A DNA stretch of 64,000 bases from Euprymna scolopes (lineage: Eukaryota). Under the pieces are notes generated by a model. That model saw only the letters and a list, made by a program, of their open reading frames with translations, did no database searches and was not told the origin of the DNA. The stretch is taken from the NCBI GenBank assembly GCA_053919585.1, contig CM132828.1. One strand, 5' to 3'. Below are positions 43,301-56,067 of this stretch, piece by piece (positions within the stretch are counted from its first letter, which is position 1; every line of letters starts with the position of its first letter). The translations under genes were made by a program, and so were the position numbers.

Positions 43301-46300
43301 CTAATCCTCTTAATGCTCAATTCATCTGAACAAATACAGACATATTAACCGTATTCGAAGACGAAATTAATCAACACATGTTGTCGTTTATGGGTGTGAA
43401 AAGTTTTGAATCTACTAATCCTCTTAATGCTCAATTCATCTGAACAAATACAGACATATTAACCGTATTCGAAGACGAAATTAATCAACACATGTTGTCG
43501 TTTATGGGTGTGAAAAGTTTTTAATCTACTAATCCTCTTAATGCTCAATTCATCTGAACAAATACAGACATATTAACCGTATTCGAAGACAAAATTAATC
43601 AACACATGTTGTCGTTTATGGGTGTGAAAAGTTTTGAATCTACTAATCCTCTTAATGCTCAATTCATCTGAACAAATACAGACATATTAACCGTATTCGA
43701 AGACGAAATTAATCAACACATGTTGTCGTTTATGGGTGTGAAAAGTTTTGAATCTACTAATCCTCTTAATGCTCAATTCATCTGAAAAAATACAGACATA
43801 TTAACCGTATTCGAAGACGAAATTAATCAACACATGTTGTCGTTTATGGGTGTGAAAAGTTTTTAATCTACTAATCCTCTTAATGCTCAATTCATCTGAA
43901 AAAATACAGACATATTAACCGTATTCGAAGACGAAATTAATCAACACATGTGCTGTCGTTTATGTGTGTGAAAAGTTTTTAATCTACTAATCCTCTTAAT
44001 GCTCAATTCATCTGAACAAATACAGACATATTAACCGTATTCGAAGACGAAATTAATCAACACATGTTGTTTATGGGTGTGAAAAGTTTTTAATCTACTA
44101 ATCCTCTTAATGCTCAATTCATCTGAACAAACACAGACATATTAACCGTATTCGAAGACGAAATTAATCAACACATGTTGTCGTTTATGGGTGTGAAAAG
44201 TTTTTAATCTACTAATCCTCTTAATGCTCAATTCATATGAACAAATACAGACATATTAACCGTATTCGAAGACGAAATTAATCAACACATGTTGTCGTTT
44301 ATGGGTGTGAAAAGTTTTTAATCTACTAATCCTCTTAATGCTCAATTCATCTGAACAAATACAGACATATTAACCGTATTCGAAGACGAAATTAATCAAC
44401 ACATGTTGTCGTTTATGGGTGTGAAAAGTTTTGAATCTACTAATCCTCTTAATGCTCAATTCATCTGAACAAATACAGACATATTAACCGTATTCGAAGA
44501 CGAAATTAATCAACACATGTCGTTTATGGGTGTGAAAAGTTTTTAATCTACTAATCCTCTTAATGCTCAATTCATCTGAACAAATACAGACATATTAACC
44601 GTATTCGAAGACGAAATTAATCAACACATGTTGTCGTTTATGGGTGTGAAAAGTTTTTAATCTACTAATCCTCTTAATGCTCAATTCATCTGAAAAAATA
44701 CAGACATATTAACCGTATTCGAAGACGAAATTAATCAACACATGTTGTCGTTTATGGGTGTGAAAAGTTTTTAATCTACTAATCCTCTTAATGCTCAATT
44801 CATCTGAAAAAATACAGACATATTAACCGTATTCGAAGACGAAATTAATCAACACATGTGCTGTCGTTTATGTGTGTGAAAAGTTTTTAATCTACTAATC
44901 CTCTTAATGCTCAATTCATCTGAACAAATACAGACATATTAACCGTATTCGAAGACGAAATTAATCAACACATGTCGTTTATGGGTGTGAAAAGTTTTTA
45001 ATCTACTAATCCTCTTAATGCTCAATTCATCTGAACAAATACAAACATATTAACCGTATTCGAAGACGAAATTAATCAACACATGTTGTCGTTTATGGGT
45101 GTGAAAAGTTTTGAATCTACTAATCCTCTTAATGCTCAATTCATCTGAACAAACACAGACATATTAACCGTATTCGAAGACGAAATTAATCAACACATGT
45201 TGTCGTTTATGGGTGTGAAAAGTTTTGAATCTACTAATCCTCTTAATGCTCAATTCATCTGAACAAATACAGACATATTAACCGTATTCGAAGACGAAAT
45301 TAATCAACACATGTCGTTTATGGGTGTGAAAAGTTTTTAATCTACTAATCCTCTTAATGCTCAATTCATCTGAACAAATACAGACATATTAACCGTATTC
45401 GAAGACGAAATTAATCAACACATGTTGTCGTTTATGGGTGTGATAAGTTTTTAATCTACTAATCCTCTTAATGCTCAATTCATCTGAACAAATACAGACA
45501 TATTAACCGTATTCGAAGACGAAATTAATCAACACATGTTGTCGTTTATGGGTGTGAAAAGTTTTGAATCTACTAATCCTCTTAATGCTCAATTCATCTG
45601 AACAAATACAGACATATTAACCGTATTCGAAGACGAAATTAATCAACACATGTTGTCGTTTATGGGTGTGAAAAGTTTTTAATCTACTAATCCTCTTAAT
45701 GCTCAATTCATCTGAAAAAATACAGACATATTAACCGTATTCGAAGACGAAATTAATCAACACATGTTGTCGTTTATGGGTGTGAAAAGTTTTTAATCTA
45801 CTAATCCTCTTAATGCTCAATTCATCTGAAAAAATACAGACATATTAACCGTATTCGAAGACGAAATTAATCAACACATGTGCTGTCGTTTATGTGTGTG
45901 AAAAGTTTTTAATCTACTAATCCTCTTAATGCTCAATTCATCTGAACAAATACAGACATATTAACCGTATTCGAAGACGAAATTAATCAACACATGTTGT
46001 TTATGGGTGTGAAAAGTTTTGAATCTACTAATCCTCTTAATGCTCAATTCATCTGAACAAACACAGACATATTAACCGTATTCGAAGACGAAATTAATCA
46101 ACACATGTTGTCGTTTATGGGTGTGAAAAGTTTTTAATCTACTAATCCTCTTAATGCTCAATTCATATGAACAAATACAGACATATTAACCGTATTCGAA
46201 GACGAAATTAATCAACACATGTTGTCGTTTATGGGTGTGAAAAGTTTTTAATCTACTAATCCTCTTAATGCTCAATTCATCTGAACAAATACAGACATAT

Positions 46301-49300
46301 TAACCGTATTCGAAGACGAAATTAATCAACACATGTTGTCGTTTATGGGTGTGAAAAGTTTTTAATCTACTAATCCTCTTAATGCTCAATTCATCTGAAC
46401 AAATACAGACATATTAACCGTATTCGAAGACGAAATTAATCAACACATGTCGTTTATGGGTGTGAAAAGTTTTTAATCTACTAATCCTCTTAATGCTCAA
46501 TTCATCTGAACAAATACAGACATATTAACCGTATTCGAAGACGAAATTAATCAACACATGTTGTCGTTTATGGGTGTGAAAAGTTTTTAATCTACTAATC
46601 CTCTTAATGCTCAATTCATCTGAAAAAATACAGACATATTAACCGTATTCGAAGACGAAATTAATCAACACATGTTGTCGTTTATGGGTGTGAAAAGTTT
46701 TTAATCTACTAATCCTCTTAATGCTCAATTCATCTGAAAAAATACAGACATATTAACCGTATTCGAAGACGAAATTAATCAACACATGTGCTGTCGTTTA
46801 TGTGTGTGAAAAGTTTTTAATCTACTAATCCTCTTAATGCTCAATTCATCTGAACAAATACAGACATATTAACCGTATTCGAAGACGAAATTAATCAACA
46901 CATGTCGTTTATGGGTGTGAAAAGTTTTTAATCTACTAATCCTCTTAATGCTCAATTCATCTGAACAAATACAAACATATTAACCGTATTCGAAGACGAA
47001 ATTAATCAACACATGTTGTCGTTTATGGGTGTGAAAAGTTTTGAATCTACTAATCCTCTTAATGCTCAATTCATCTGAACAAACACAGACATATTAACCG
47101 TATTCGAAGACGAAATTAATCAACACATGTTGTCGTTTATGGGTGTGAAAAGTTTTTAATCTACTAATCCTCTTAATGCTCAATTCATCTGAACAAATAC
47201 AAACATATTAACCGTATTCGAAGACGAAATTAATCAACACATGTTGTCGTTTATGGGTGTGAAAAGTTTTTCATCTACTAATCCTCTTAATCATCAATTC
47301 ATCTGAACAAATACAGACATATTAACCGTATTCGAAGACGAAATTAATCAACACATGTCGTTTATGGGTGTGAAAAGTTTTGAATCTACTAATCCTCTTA
47401 ATGCTCAATTCATCTGAACAAATACAGACATATTAACCGTATTCGAAGACGAAATTAATCAACACATGTTGTCGTTTATGGGTGTGAAAAGTTTTGAATC
47501 TACTAATCCTCTTAATGCTCAATTCATCTGAACAAATACAGACATATTAACCGTATTCGAAGACGAAATTAATCAACACATGTCGTTTATGGGTGTGAAA
47601 AGTTTTGAATCTACTAATCCTCTTAATGCTCAATTCATCTGAACAAATACAGACATATTAACCGTATTCGAAGACAAAATTAATCAACACATGTTGTCGT
47701 TTATGGGTGTGAAAAGTTTTGAATCTACTAATCCTCTTAATGCTCAATTCATCTGAACAAATACAGACATATTAACCGTATTCGAAGACGAAATTAATCA
47801 ACACATGTCGTTTATGGGTGTGAAAAGTTGTGAATCTACTAATCCTCTTAATGCTCAATTCATCTGAACAAATACAGACATATTAACCGTATTCGAAGAC
47901 GAAATTAATCAACACATGTTGTCGTTTATGGGTGTGAAAAGTTTTTAATCTACTAATCCTCTTAATGCTCAATTCATCTGAACAAATACAGACATATTAA
48001 CCGTATTCGAAGACGAAATTAATCAACACATGTCGTTTATGGGTGTGAAAAGTTTTTAATCTACTAATCCTCTTAATGCTCAATTCATCTGAACAAATAC
48101 AGACATATTAACCGTATTCGAAGACGAAATTAATCAACACATGTCGTTTATGGGTGTGAAAAGTTTTGAATCTACTAATCCTCTTAATGCTCAATTCATC
48201 TGAACAAATACAGACATATTAACCGTATTCGAAGACGAAATTAATCAACACATGTTGTCGTTTATGGGTGTGAAAAGTTTTTAATCTACTAATCCTCTTA
48301 ATGCTCAATTCATCTGAACAAATACAGACATATTAACCGTATTCGAAGACGAAATTAATCAACACATGTCGTTTATGGGTGTGAAAAGTTTTTAATCTAC
48401 TAATCCTCTTAATGCTCAATTCATCTGAACAAATACAGACATATTAACCGTATTCGAAGACGAAATTAATCAACACATGTTGTCGTTTATGGGTGTGAAA
48501 AGTTTTTAATCTACTAATCCTCTTAATGCTCAATTCATCTGAACAAATACAGACATATTAACCGTATTCGAAGACGAAATTAATCAACACATGTTGTCGT
48601 TTATGGGTGTGAAAAGTTTTTAATCTACTAATCCTCTTAATGCTCAATTCATCTGAAAAAATACAGACATATTAACCGTATTCGAAGACGAAATTAATCA
48701 ACACATGTTGTCGTTTATGGGTGTGAAAAGTTTTTAATCTACTAATCCTCTTAATGCTCAATTCATCTGAACAAATACAGACATATTAACCGTATTCGAA
48801 GACGAAATTAATCAACACATGTGCTGTCGTTTATGTGTGTGAAAAGTTTTTAATCTACTAATCCTCTTAATGCTCAATTCATCTGAACAAATACAGACAT
48901 ATTAACCGTATTCGAAGACGAAATTAATCAACACATGTTGTCGTTTATGGGTGTGAAAAGTTTTTAATCTACTAATCCTCTTAATGCTCAATTCATCTGA
49001 ACAAATACAGACATATTAACCGTATTCGAAGACCAAATTAATCAACACATGTCGTTTATGGGTGTGAAAAGTTTTTAATCTACTCATCCTCTTAATGCTC
49101 AATTCATCTGAACAAATACAGACATATTAACCGTATTCGAAGACGAAATTAATCAACACATGTTGTCGTTTATGGGTGTGAAAAGTTTTTAATCTACTAA
49201 TCCTCTTAATGCTCAATTCATCTGAACAAATACAGACATATTAACCGTATTCGAAGACGAAATTAATCAACACATGTTGTCGTTTATGTGTGTGAAAAGT

Positions 49301-52300
49301 TTTTAATCTACTAATCCTCTTAATGCTCAATTCATCTGAACAAATACAGACATATTAACCGTATTCGAAGACGAAATTAATCAACACATGTTGTCGTTTA
49401 TGGGTGTGAAAAGTTTTTAATCTACTAATCCTCTTAATGCTCAATTCATCTGAAAAAATACAGACATATTAACCGTATTCGAAGACGAAATTAATCAACA
49501 CATGTTGTCGTTTATGGGTGTGAAAAGTTTTGAATCTACTAATCCTCTTAATGCTCAATTCATCTGAACAAATACAGACATATTAACCGTATTCGAAGAC
49601 GAAATTAATCAACACATGTGCTGTCGTTTATGTGTGTGAAAAGTTTTTAATCTACTAATCCTCTTAATGCTCAATTCATCTGAACAAATACAGACATATT
49701 AACCGTATTCGAAGACGAAATTAATCAACACATGTTGTCGTTTATGGGTGTGAAAAGTTTTTAATCTACTAATCCTCTTAATGCTCAATTCATCTGAACA
49801 AATACAGACATATTAACCGTATTCGAAGACCAAATTAATCAACACATGTCGTTTATGGGTGTGAAAAGTTTTTAATCTACTAATCCTCTTAATGCTCAAT
49901 TCATCTGAACAAATACAGACATATTAACCGTATTCGAAGACGAAATTAATCAACACATGTTGTCGTTTATGGGTGTGAAAAGTTTTTAATCTACTAATCC
50001 TCTTAATGCTCAATTCATCTGAACAAATACAGACATATTAACCGTATTCGAAGACGAAATTAATCAACACATGTTGTCGTTTATGGGTGTGAAAAGTTTT
50101 TAATCTACTAATCCTCTTAATGCTCAATTCATCTGAACAAATACAGACATATTAACCGTATTCGAAGACGAAATTAATCAACACATGTGCTGTCGTTTAT
50201 GTGTGTGAAAAGTTTTTAATCTACTAATCCTCTTAATGCTCAATTCATCTGAACAAATACAGACATATTAACCGTATTCGAAGACGAAATTAATCAACAC
50301 ATGTTGTTTATGGGTGTGAAAAGTTTTTAATCTACTAATCCTCTTAATGCTCAATTCATCTGAACAAACACAGACATATTAACCGTATTCGAAGACGAAA
50401 TTAATCAACACATGTTGTCGTTTATGGGTGTGAAAAGTTTTTAATCTACTAATCCTCTTAATGCTCAATTCATCTGAACAAATACAAACATATTAACCGT
50501 ATTCGAAGACGAAATTAATCAACACATGTTGTCGTTTATGGGTGTGAAAAGTTTTTAATCTACTAATCCTCTTAATGCTCAATTCATCTGAACAAATACA
50601 GACATATTAACCGTATTCGAAGACGAAATTAATCAACACATGTTGTTTATGTGTGTGAAAAGTTTTTAATCTACTAATCCTCTTAATGCTCAATTCATCT
50701 GAACAAATACAGACATATTAACCGTATTCGAAGACGAAATTAATCAACACATGTTGTCGTTTATGGGTGTGAAAAGTTTTGAATCTACTAATCCTCTTAA
50801 TGCTCAATTCATCTGAACAAATACAGACAGATTAACCGTATTCGAAGACGAAATTAATCAACACATGTCGTTTATGGGTGTGAAAAGTTTTTAATCTACT
50901 AATCCTCTTAATGCTCAATTCATCTGAACAAATACAGACATATTAACCGTATTCGAAGACGAAATTAATCAACACATGTTGTCGTTTATGGGTGTGAAAA
51001 GTTTTTAATCTACTAATCCTCTTAATGCTCAATTCATCTGAACAAATACAGACATATTAACCGTATTCGAAGACGAAATTAATCAACACATGTCGTTTAT
51101 GGGTGTGAAAAGTTTTTAATCTACTAATCCTCTTAATGCTCAATTCATCTGAACAAATACAGACATATTAACCGTATTCGAAGACGAAATTAATCAACAC
51201 ATGTCGTTTATGGGTGTGAAAAGTTTTGAATCTACTAATCCTCTTAATGCTCAATTCATCTGAACAAATACAGACATATTAACCGTATTCGAAGACGAAA
51301 TTAATCAACACATGTTGTCGTTTATGGGTGTGAAAAGTTTTTCATCTACTAATCCTCTTAATGCTCAATTCATCTGAACAAATACAGACATATTAACCGT
51401 ATTCGAAGACGAAATTAATCAACACATGTTGTTTATGTGTGTGAAAAGTTTTTAATCTACTAATCCTCTTAATGCTCAATTCATCTGAACAAATACAGAC
51501 ATATTAACCGTATTCGAAGACGAAATTAATCAACACATGTTGTCGTTTATGGGTGTGAAAAGTTTTTAATCTACTAATCCTCTTAATGCTCAATTCATCT
51601 AAACAAATACAGACATATTAACCATATTCGAAGACGAAATTAATCAACACATGCTGTCGTTTATGGGTGTGAAAAGTTTTGAATCTACTAATCCTCTTAA
51701 TGCTCAATTCATCTGAACAAATACAGACATATTAACCGTATTCGAAGACGAAATTAATCAACACATGTCGTTTATGGGTGTGAAAAGTTTTGAATCTACT
51801 AATCCTCTTAATGCTCAATTCATCTGAACAAATACAGACATATTAACCGTATTCGAAGACGAAATTAATCAACACATGTCGTTTATGGGTGTGAAAAGTT
51901 TTTAATCTACTAATCCTCTTAATGCTCAATTCATCTGAACAAATACAGACATATTAACCGTATTCGAAGACGAAATTAATCAACACATGTTGTCGTTTAT
52001 GGGTGTGAAATGTTTTTAATCTACTAATCCTCTTAATGCTCAATTCATCTGAACAAATACAAACATATTAACCGTATTCGAAGACGAAATTAATCAACAC
52101 ATGTGCTGTCGTTTATGGGTGTGAAAAGTTTTGAATCTACTAATCCTCTTAATGCTCAATTCATCTGAACAAATACAAACATATTAACCATATTCGAAGA
52201 CGAAATTAATCAACACATGTTGTCGTTTATGGGTGTGAAAAGTTTTTAATCTACTAATCCTCTTAATGCTCAATTCATCTGAACAAATACAGACATATTA

Positions 52301-53253
52301 ACCGTATTCGAAGACGAAATTAATCAACACATGTTGTCGTTTATGGGTGTGAAAAGTTTTTAATCTACTAATCCTCTTAATGCTCAATTCATCTGAACAA
52401 ATACAGACATATTAACCGTATTCGAAGACGAAATTAATCAACACATGTCGGTTATGGGTGTGAAAAGTTTTTAATCTACTAATCCTCTTAATGCTCAATT
52501 CATCTGAACAAATACATATTAACCGTATTCGAAGACGAAATTAATCAACACATGTTGTCGTTTATGGGTGTGAAAAGTTTTTAATCTACTAATCCTCTTA
52601 ATGCTCAATTCATCTGAACAAATACAGACATATTAACCGTATTCGAAGACGAAATTAATCAACACATGTTGTCGTTTATGGGTGTGAAAAGTTTTAATCT
52701 ACTAATCCTCTTAATGCTCAATTCATCTGAACAAATACAAACATATTAACCGTATTCGAAGACGAAATTAATCAACACATGTTGTCGTTTATGGGTGTGA
52801 AAAGTTTTTAATCTACTAATCCTCTTAATGCTCAATTCCTCTGAACAAATGCAGACATATTAACCGTATTCGAAGACGAAATTAATCAACACATGTTGTC
52901 GTTTATGGGTGTGAAAAGTTTTGAATCTACTAATCCTCTTAATGCTCAATTCATCTGAACAAATACAGACATATTAACCGTATTCGAAGACGAAATTAAT
53001 CAACACATGCTGTCGTTTATGGGTGTGAAAAGTTTTTAATCTACTAATCCTCTTAATGCTCAATTTATCTGAACAAATACAGACATATTAACCGCATTCG
53101 AAGTCGAAATTAATCAACACATGTTGTCGTTTATGGGTGTGAAAAGTTTTGAATCTACTAATCCTCTTAATGCCACACTCATCTGAATAAATGCAGACAT
53201 ATTAACCGACGAAATTAATCAACACATGTTGTCGCATATGATGCGAAAGGTTT
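4345..53253. repeat. satellite DNA array, 114 bp monomer, about 430 head-to-tail copies
   Basis: Consensus aatcaacacatgttgtcgtttatgggtgtgaaaagtttt(g/t)aatctactaatcctcttaatgctcaattcatctgaacaaatacagacatattaaccgtattcgaagacgaaatt. Period measured as 114 (5031 to 5145). Common variants are 111 bp (catgtcg, catgttgttt) and 116 bp (catgtgctgtcg). I saw no inversion or foreign insertion. Copy number is estimated from length. Confidence 0.99.
20379..27058. repeat. higher-order repeat block (9-mer of 1019/1021 bp with an 8-mer 903 bp variant)
   Basis: The same ordered series of monomer variants restarts at 20379, 21398, 22419, 23438, 24341, 25244 and 26263. Confidence 0.88.
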
Positions 53254-53444
53254 GGGTTCATAAATTTTGTCACTGTCTAATTCATCTGAGACTACGAGTT
53301 TGAAATTATCAAAATTTTTTTTTTTGTAAGCGTACTTTTCGATAACATCTTGTAAACTTTGCCAATTCTAGCTAGGAGATTGGACAGAAGCATACGGGAC
53401 AAAAGGACACAGGACAAACCAAGCATCTAATTAACACAAAACAA

Positions 53445-54290
53445 ATATTTTATTATAATCCCTACAAAGGCGCAATTAACCCAATGTCTTCTTGGAAACA
53501 ATGGTGAGCGGTGACGAACGGTTGCTTTGAGATGGATGAATGATGCCTAAATCCAGCATGTGTTGGAACTCTTGTTTTGCTGTCTTTTAAGAAATTGTGT
53601 CGGAGTCTGCATTCTCCTGCGTTTACTGTCGGACCCGGAGTCTGTATATGATGTGTAACATCATATTTAACAGTATCGTCCGTATTGCGTAATGTTTGTT
53701 AAACGTTGAAGTATTTTAGTGTATGCGTCTTCCATGTTTTTTTAATACGACTGGACATTTTTTCGCTGATTATTCACATATTTCATTGACAGTCTGCTAT
53801 TGTTATGTATTATTCTCCTGCACTTGACGTCGACAAATATAATAAAACAGTGTAGAAAAGCTTCCCCTAGAATTGTGAATGTGAGCTTTGCCACTGTAAA
53901 TATCCATCGAAATGTGCGTTGGAATAAGGGGAGGGGTTCGCGGCTTGTAAAAAGATCGGTGTCTGTGTTTGTCGTTTCTTAATTAGTTTGCTTGTGATAA
54001 TGCTCACTTCAGCTCTTGTATCGGTGAGAAAATGTATACCTTAATTTCTGTCAGTGACGTAGAAAGTGCGACGCATACAAAGCCAGCCAGGAGTCTCAGT
54101 AGCATGTGCCGCCTGGCCGTGCTGTTTTCTGTTGATTTAGATGCTCATGTAAATGCACAGCGCTTTCGGTATCTCACAGTATTTTGCGCAATAACGCCGA
54201 CGAAACAAGCATAATTATGTAACATCGCTGTCTGTACCCTCGACGAGATTACCTGTTTCGACTCTCAGAACGTCGGCGACAAAAATCGTC
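53445..54290 (-). pseudogene. pol: gag C-terminus, aspartic protease and N-terminal RT remnants
   Basis: Protease motif region 54002-54031 (DTR in place of DTG). RT domain 1-2 at about 53445-53580. Multiple stops, frameshifts and deletions. Confidence 0.82.
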
Positions 54291-54651
54291 CTGTTATCGA
54301 CAATATGGTGTATGCTGCCTCGTGATTAGATTCCGCATCTGACTGCTCAACTTCTGTATGAGTTTAGCTTGATCTTAAGCATTTCTTAGATGTCCTTGTT
54401 GTCTTCATCGATTCAGTCTTAGTAAGAGAGATGATCGGGGATGGAGTTTGGTCGACTGGAGGATTGACACTGTGACCTCCATTATTTTGTTAGCAAGCCT
54501 TTGACCAGTGTCGTCTCCCGAGTAGGCACGATTTGGACTCCACGTTGAGCCAGCTTCCTATCACCTTGCTCCTTTTCTTTGGGGACTTAACAGAGGCGCT
54601 TTTGTTGTGAATCCGACTTTCGTTTAATCAATTGTGACTTAAAAGTGATCT

Positions 54652-55148
54652 GTATTCTGTCTTAGCGTGCATCAGATTCCGAATTCACGGCAGTCACCAA
54701 TTGTAAGATGTCCATAAATTTATATAACATAATAAACAGTTGGTTCATATCTGAGGAATATTAATTTAAATTTTTCCAACATTATTGTTTTCTTGCGTTG
54801 AATGTTTATAATGAAGGATTAATATTAATGAAGTGAGCATTTTGTGAGAATAGCACGAGAATTGAAATGTGTATTTTGTATAAGTGTGTTATGATTTATT
54901 AAATAAAGAAAATGTTCGCCGTCGCTATATTTTAGCGATGTTATATTGAAATGAAGGGTCCGTATTCCGTCTTAGCGTCCATCAGATTCCGAATTCCTGG
55001 CGGTGTCACCAATTGTAAGATGCCCATAAATTTATAAAACATAATGAACATTTGGTTCATGTGTGAGGAATATTAATTTAAATTGTTCCAACATAATTGT
55101 TTTCATAATGAAGGATTAACGAAGTGAGGATTTTGTGTGAATCGCACG
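54652..55148 (-). repeat. tandem duplication of the LTR 3' end/PBS/leader junction (~310 bp spacing)
   Basis: gtattc(t/c)gtcttagcgt(g/c)catcagattccgaattc...gtcaccaattgtaagatg...gaggaatattaatttaaa occurs from 54652 and from 54962. PBS-like TGGTGAC at 54693-54699 and 55005-55011 resembles the tRNA-Trp PBS. Confidence 0.85.
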
Positions 55149-56067
55149 ATGCTTTAAATTACTGATTTTTGTATGACAAGTTTGCCGTATACGTGTGTCG
55201 CATGCGGAGTTTATGTTTACAACAAATAGAAATACAACCTCAACCAATGAAAGCAAAAACCAAAGAATCCGCCAATGTGCTGGTGTAAGACCTTGGAAAG
55301 GAAGAGCAGGGCCAGGGTCATACTCTAATTCCCAAACATTCCAAGTTTAAGTTTCACCTCCTGTCAACAACAAGGAAGCCTGGCCGAATTTCGACAACGA
55401 TTTTTTGCGAGATATTACAACTAGCCGGACAAGGAAACGTTCAAAGTAAGTTAAAATAGATGACAAAAATGATAATCAACCTGGCATCTGAAAGTTATGA
55501 TTATGTAATTTAACTTTAGTAATTTTAAAATTTATCCGTTACTTATGATAGTCTTGTTATAGTTTAACTTTAAGTAAAAATCCATCAGTCCAATACGATT
55601 GTGTTAACGTTTTGCATTTTGTTTTGTTTTAATTAATTTGGTTAAATTAAATTAGCCAATAAATAAATCAACTCGATAAGAATATAGCAATTTTATGTTA
55701 TCATCAACGTATTTTTGTATTTTCCTTCTTTATTTAATGGTAGAGAACCATTAAAATGGTAAGAAATTAAATTATTTCTCAGAAATATTACTTTAAAGAA
55801 AGATTTTCTTAAACCCCAAGAGAAACTTTAGGACGTGAAAATCCTAGAATATTTCAAAGAAGAAGGAAAATTCGTCGCTGAAGTTCCAAGAAGAGGTCGT
55901 CAGTCTAAAATAAGTTTTTGTAAAGGTTGTACCAACTTTCGACCATGTTTACGCACAAAACAAAGAAAACTTTACCTTCTGTAACATGTTCTTTATATAT
56001 ATTTTATTGTTTTGTTAAAGTGATAAGTTTTTACTGTTGCATGAGAAAGAAAGCATGCGACCTAAAC

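Larger units (their letters stand above)
53445..55221 (-). mobile_element. decayed Ty3/gypsy LTR retrotransposon, CsRn1/Kabuki-like, 5' half truncated in RT
   Basis: Manual minus-strand translation gives an RS-rich gag tail (CRRRSESRNR), protease (RRTFYVTDRN*GIHFLTDTRAEVSII; QRTFRWIFTVAKLTFTILGEAFL) and RT start (VKYDVTHHIQTPGP; AKQEFQHMLDLGIIHPSQSNRSSPLTIVSKKTLG*LRLCRDY). LTR end TCTTACA is followed by TGGTGAC. The right boundary is uncertain. Confidence 0.85.

Noticed and set aside
4345-53253. CRISPR array
   Set aside because: Contiguous near-identical monomers with no unique spacers, no cas genes, and a eukaryotic context.
4345-53253. Hammerhead ribozyme in the monomer (CTGAACA...GACGAAA; CAGATGA on minus)
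   Set aside because: The CUGANGA core is not met on either strand and no compatible three-stem arrangement is evident.
4345-53253. CENP-B box in the CGTATTCGAAGACG dyad
   Set aside because: An imperfect palindrome exists (12/14), but the TTCG-N4-A-N2-CGGG pattern is absent.
53800-54214. Plus-strand 60 aa ORFs
   Set aside because: Antisense shadows of the minus-strand gypsy protease region.
55756-55984. Cys-containing reading frame (…SFCKGCTNFRPC…) as a piggyBac-like transposase tail
   Set aside because: Cys spacing is incomplete, the frame is interrupted, and no upstream DDD domain is seen.
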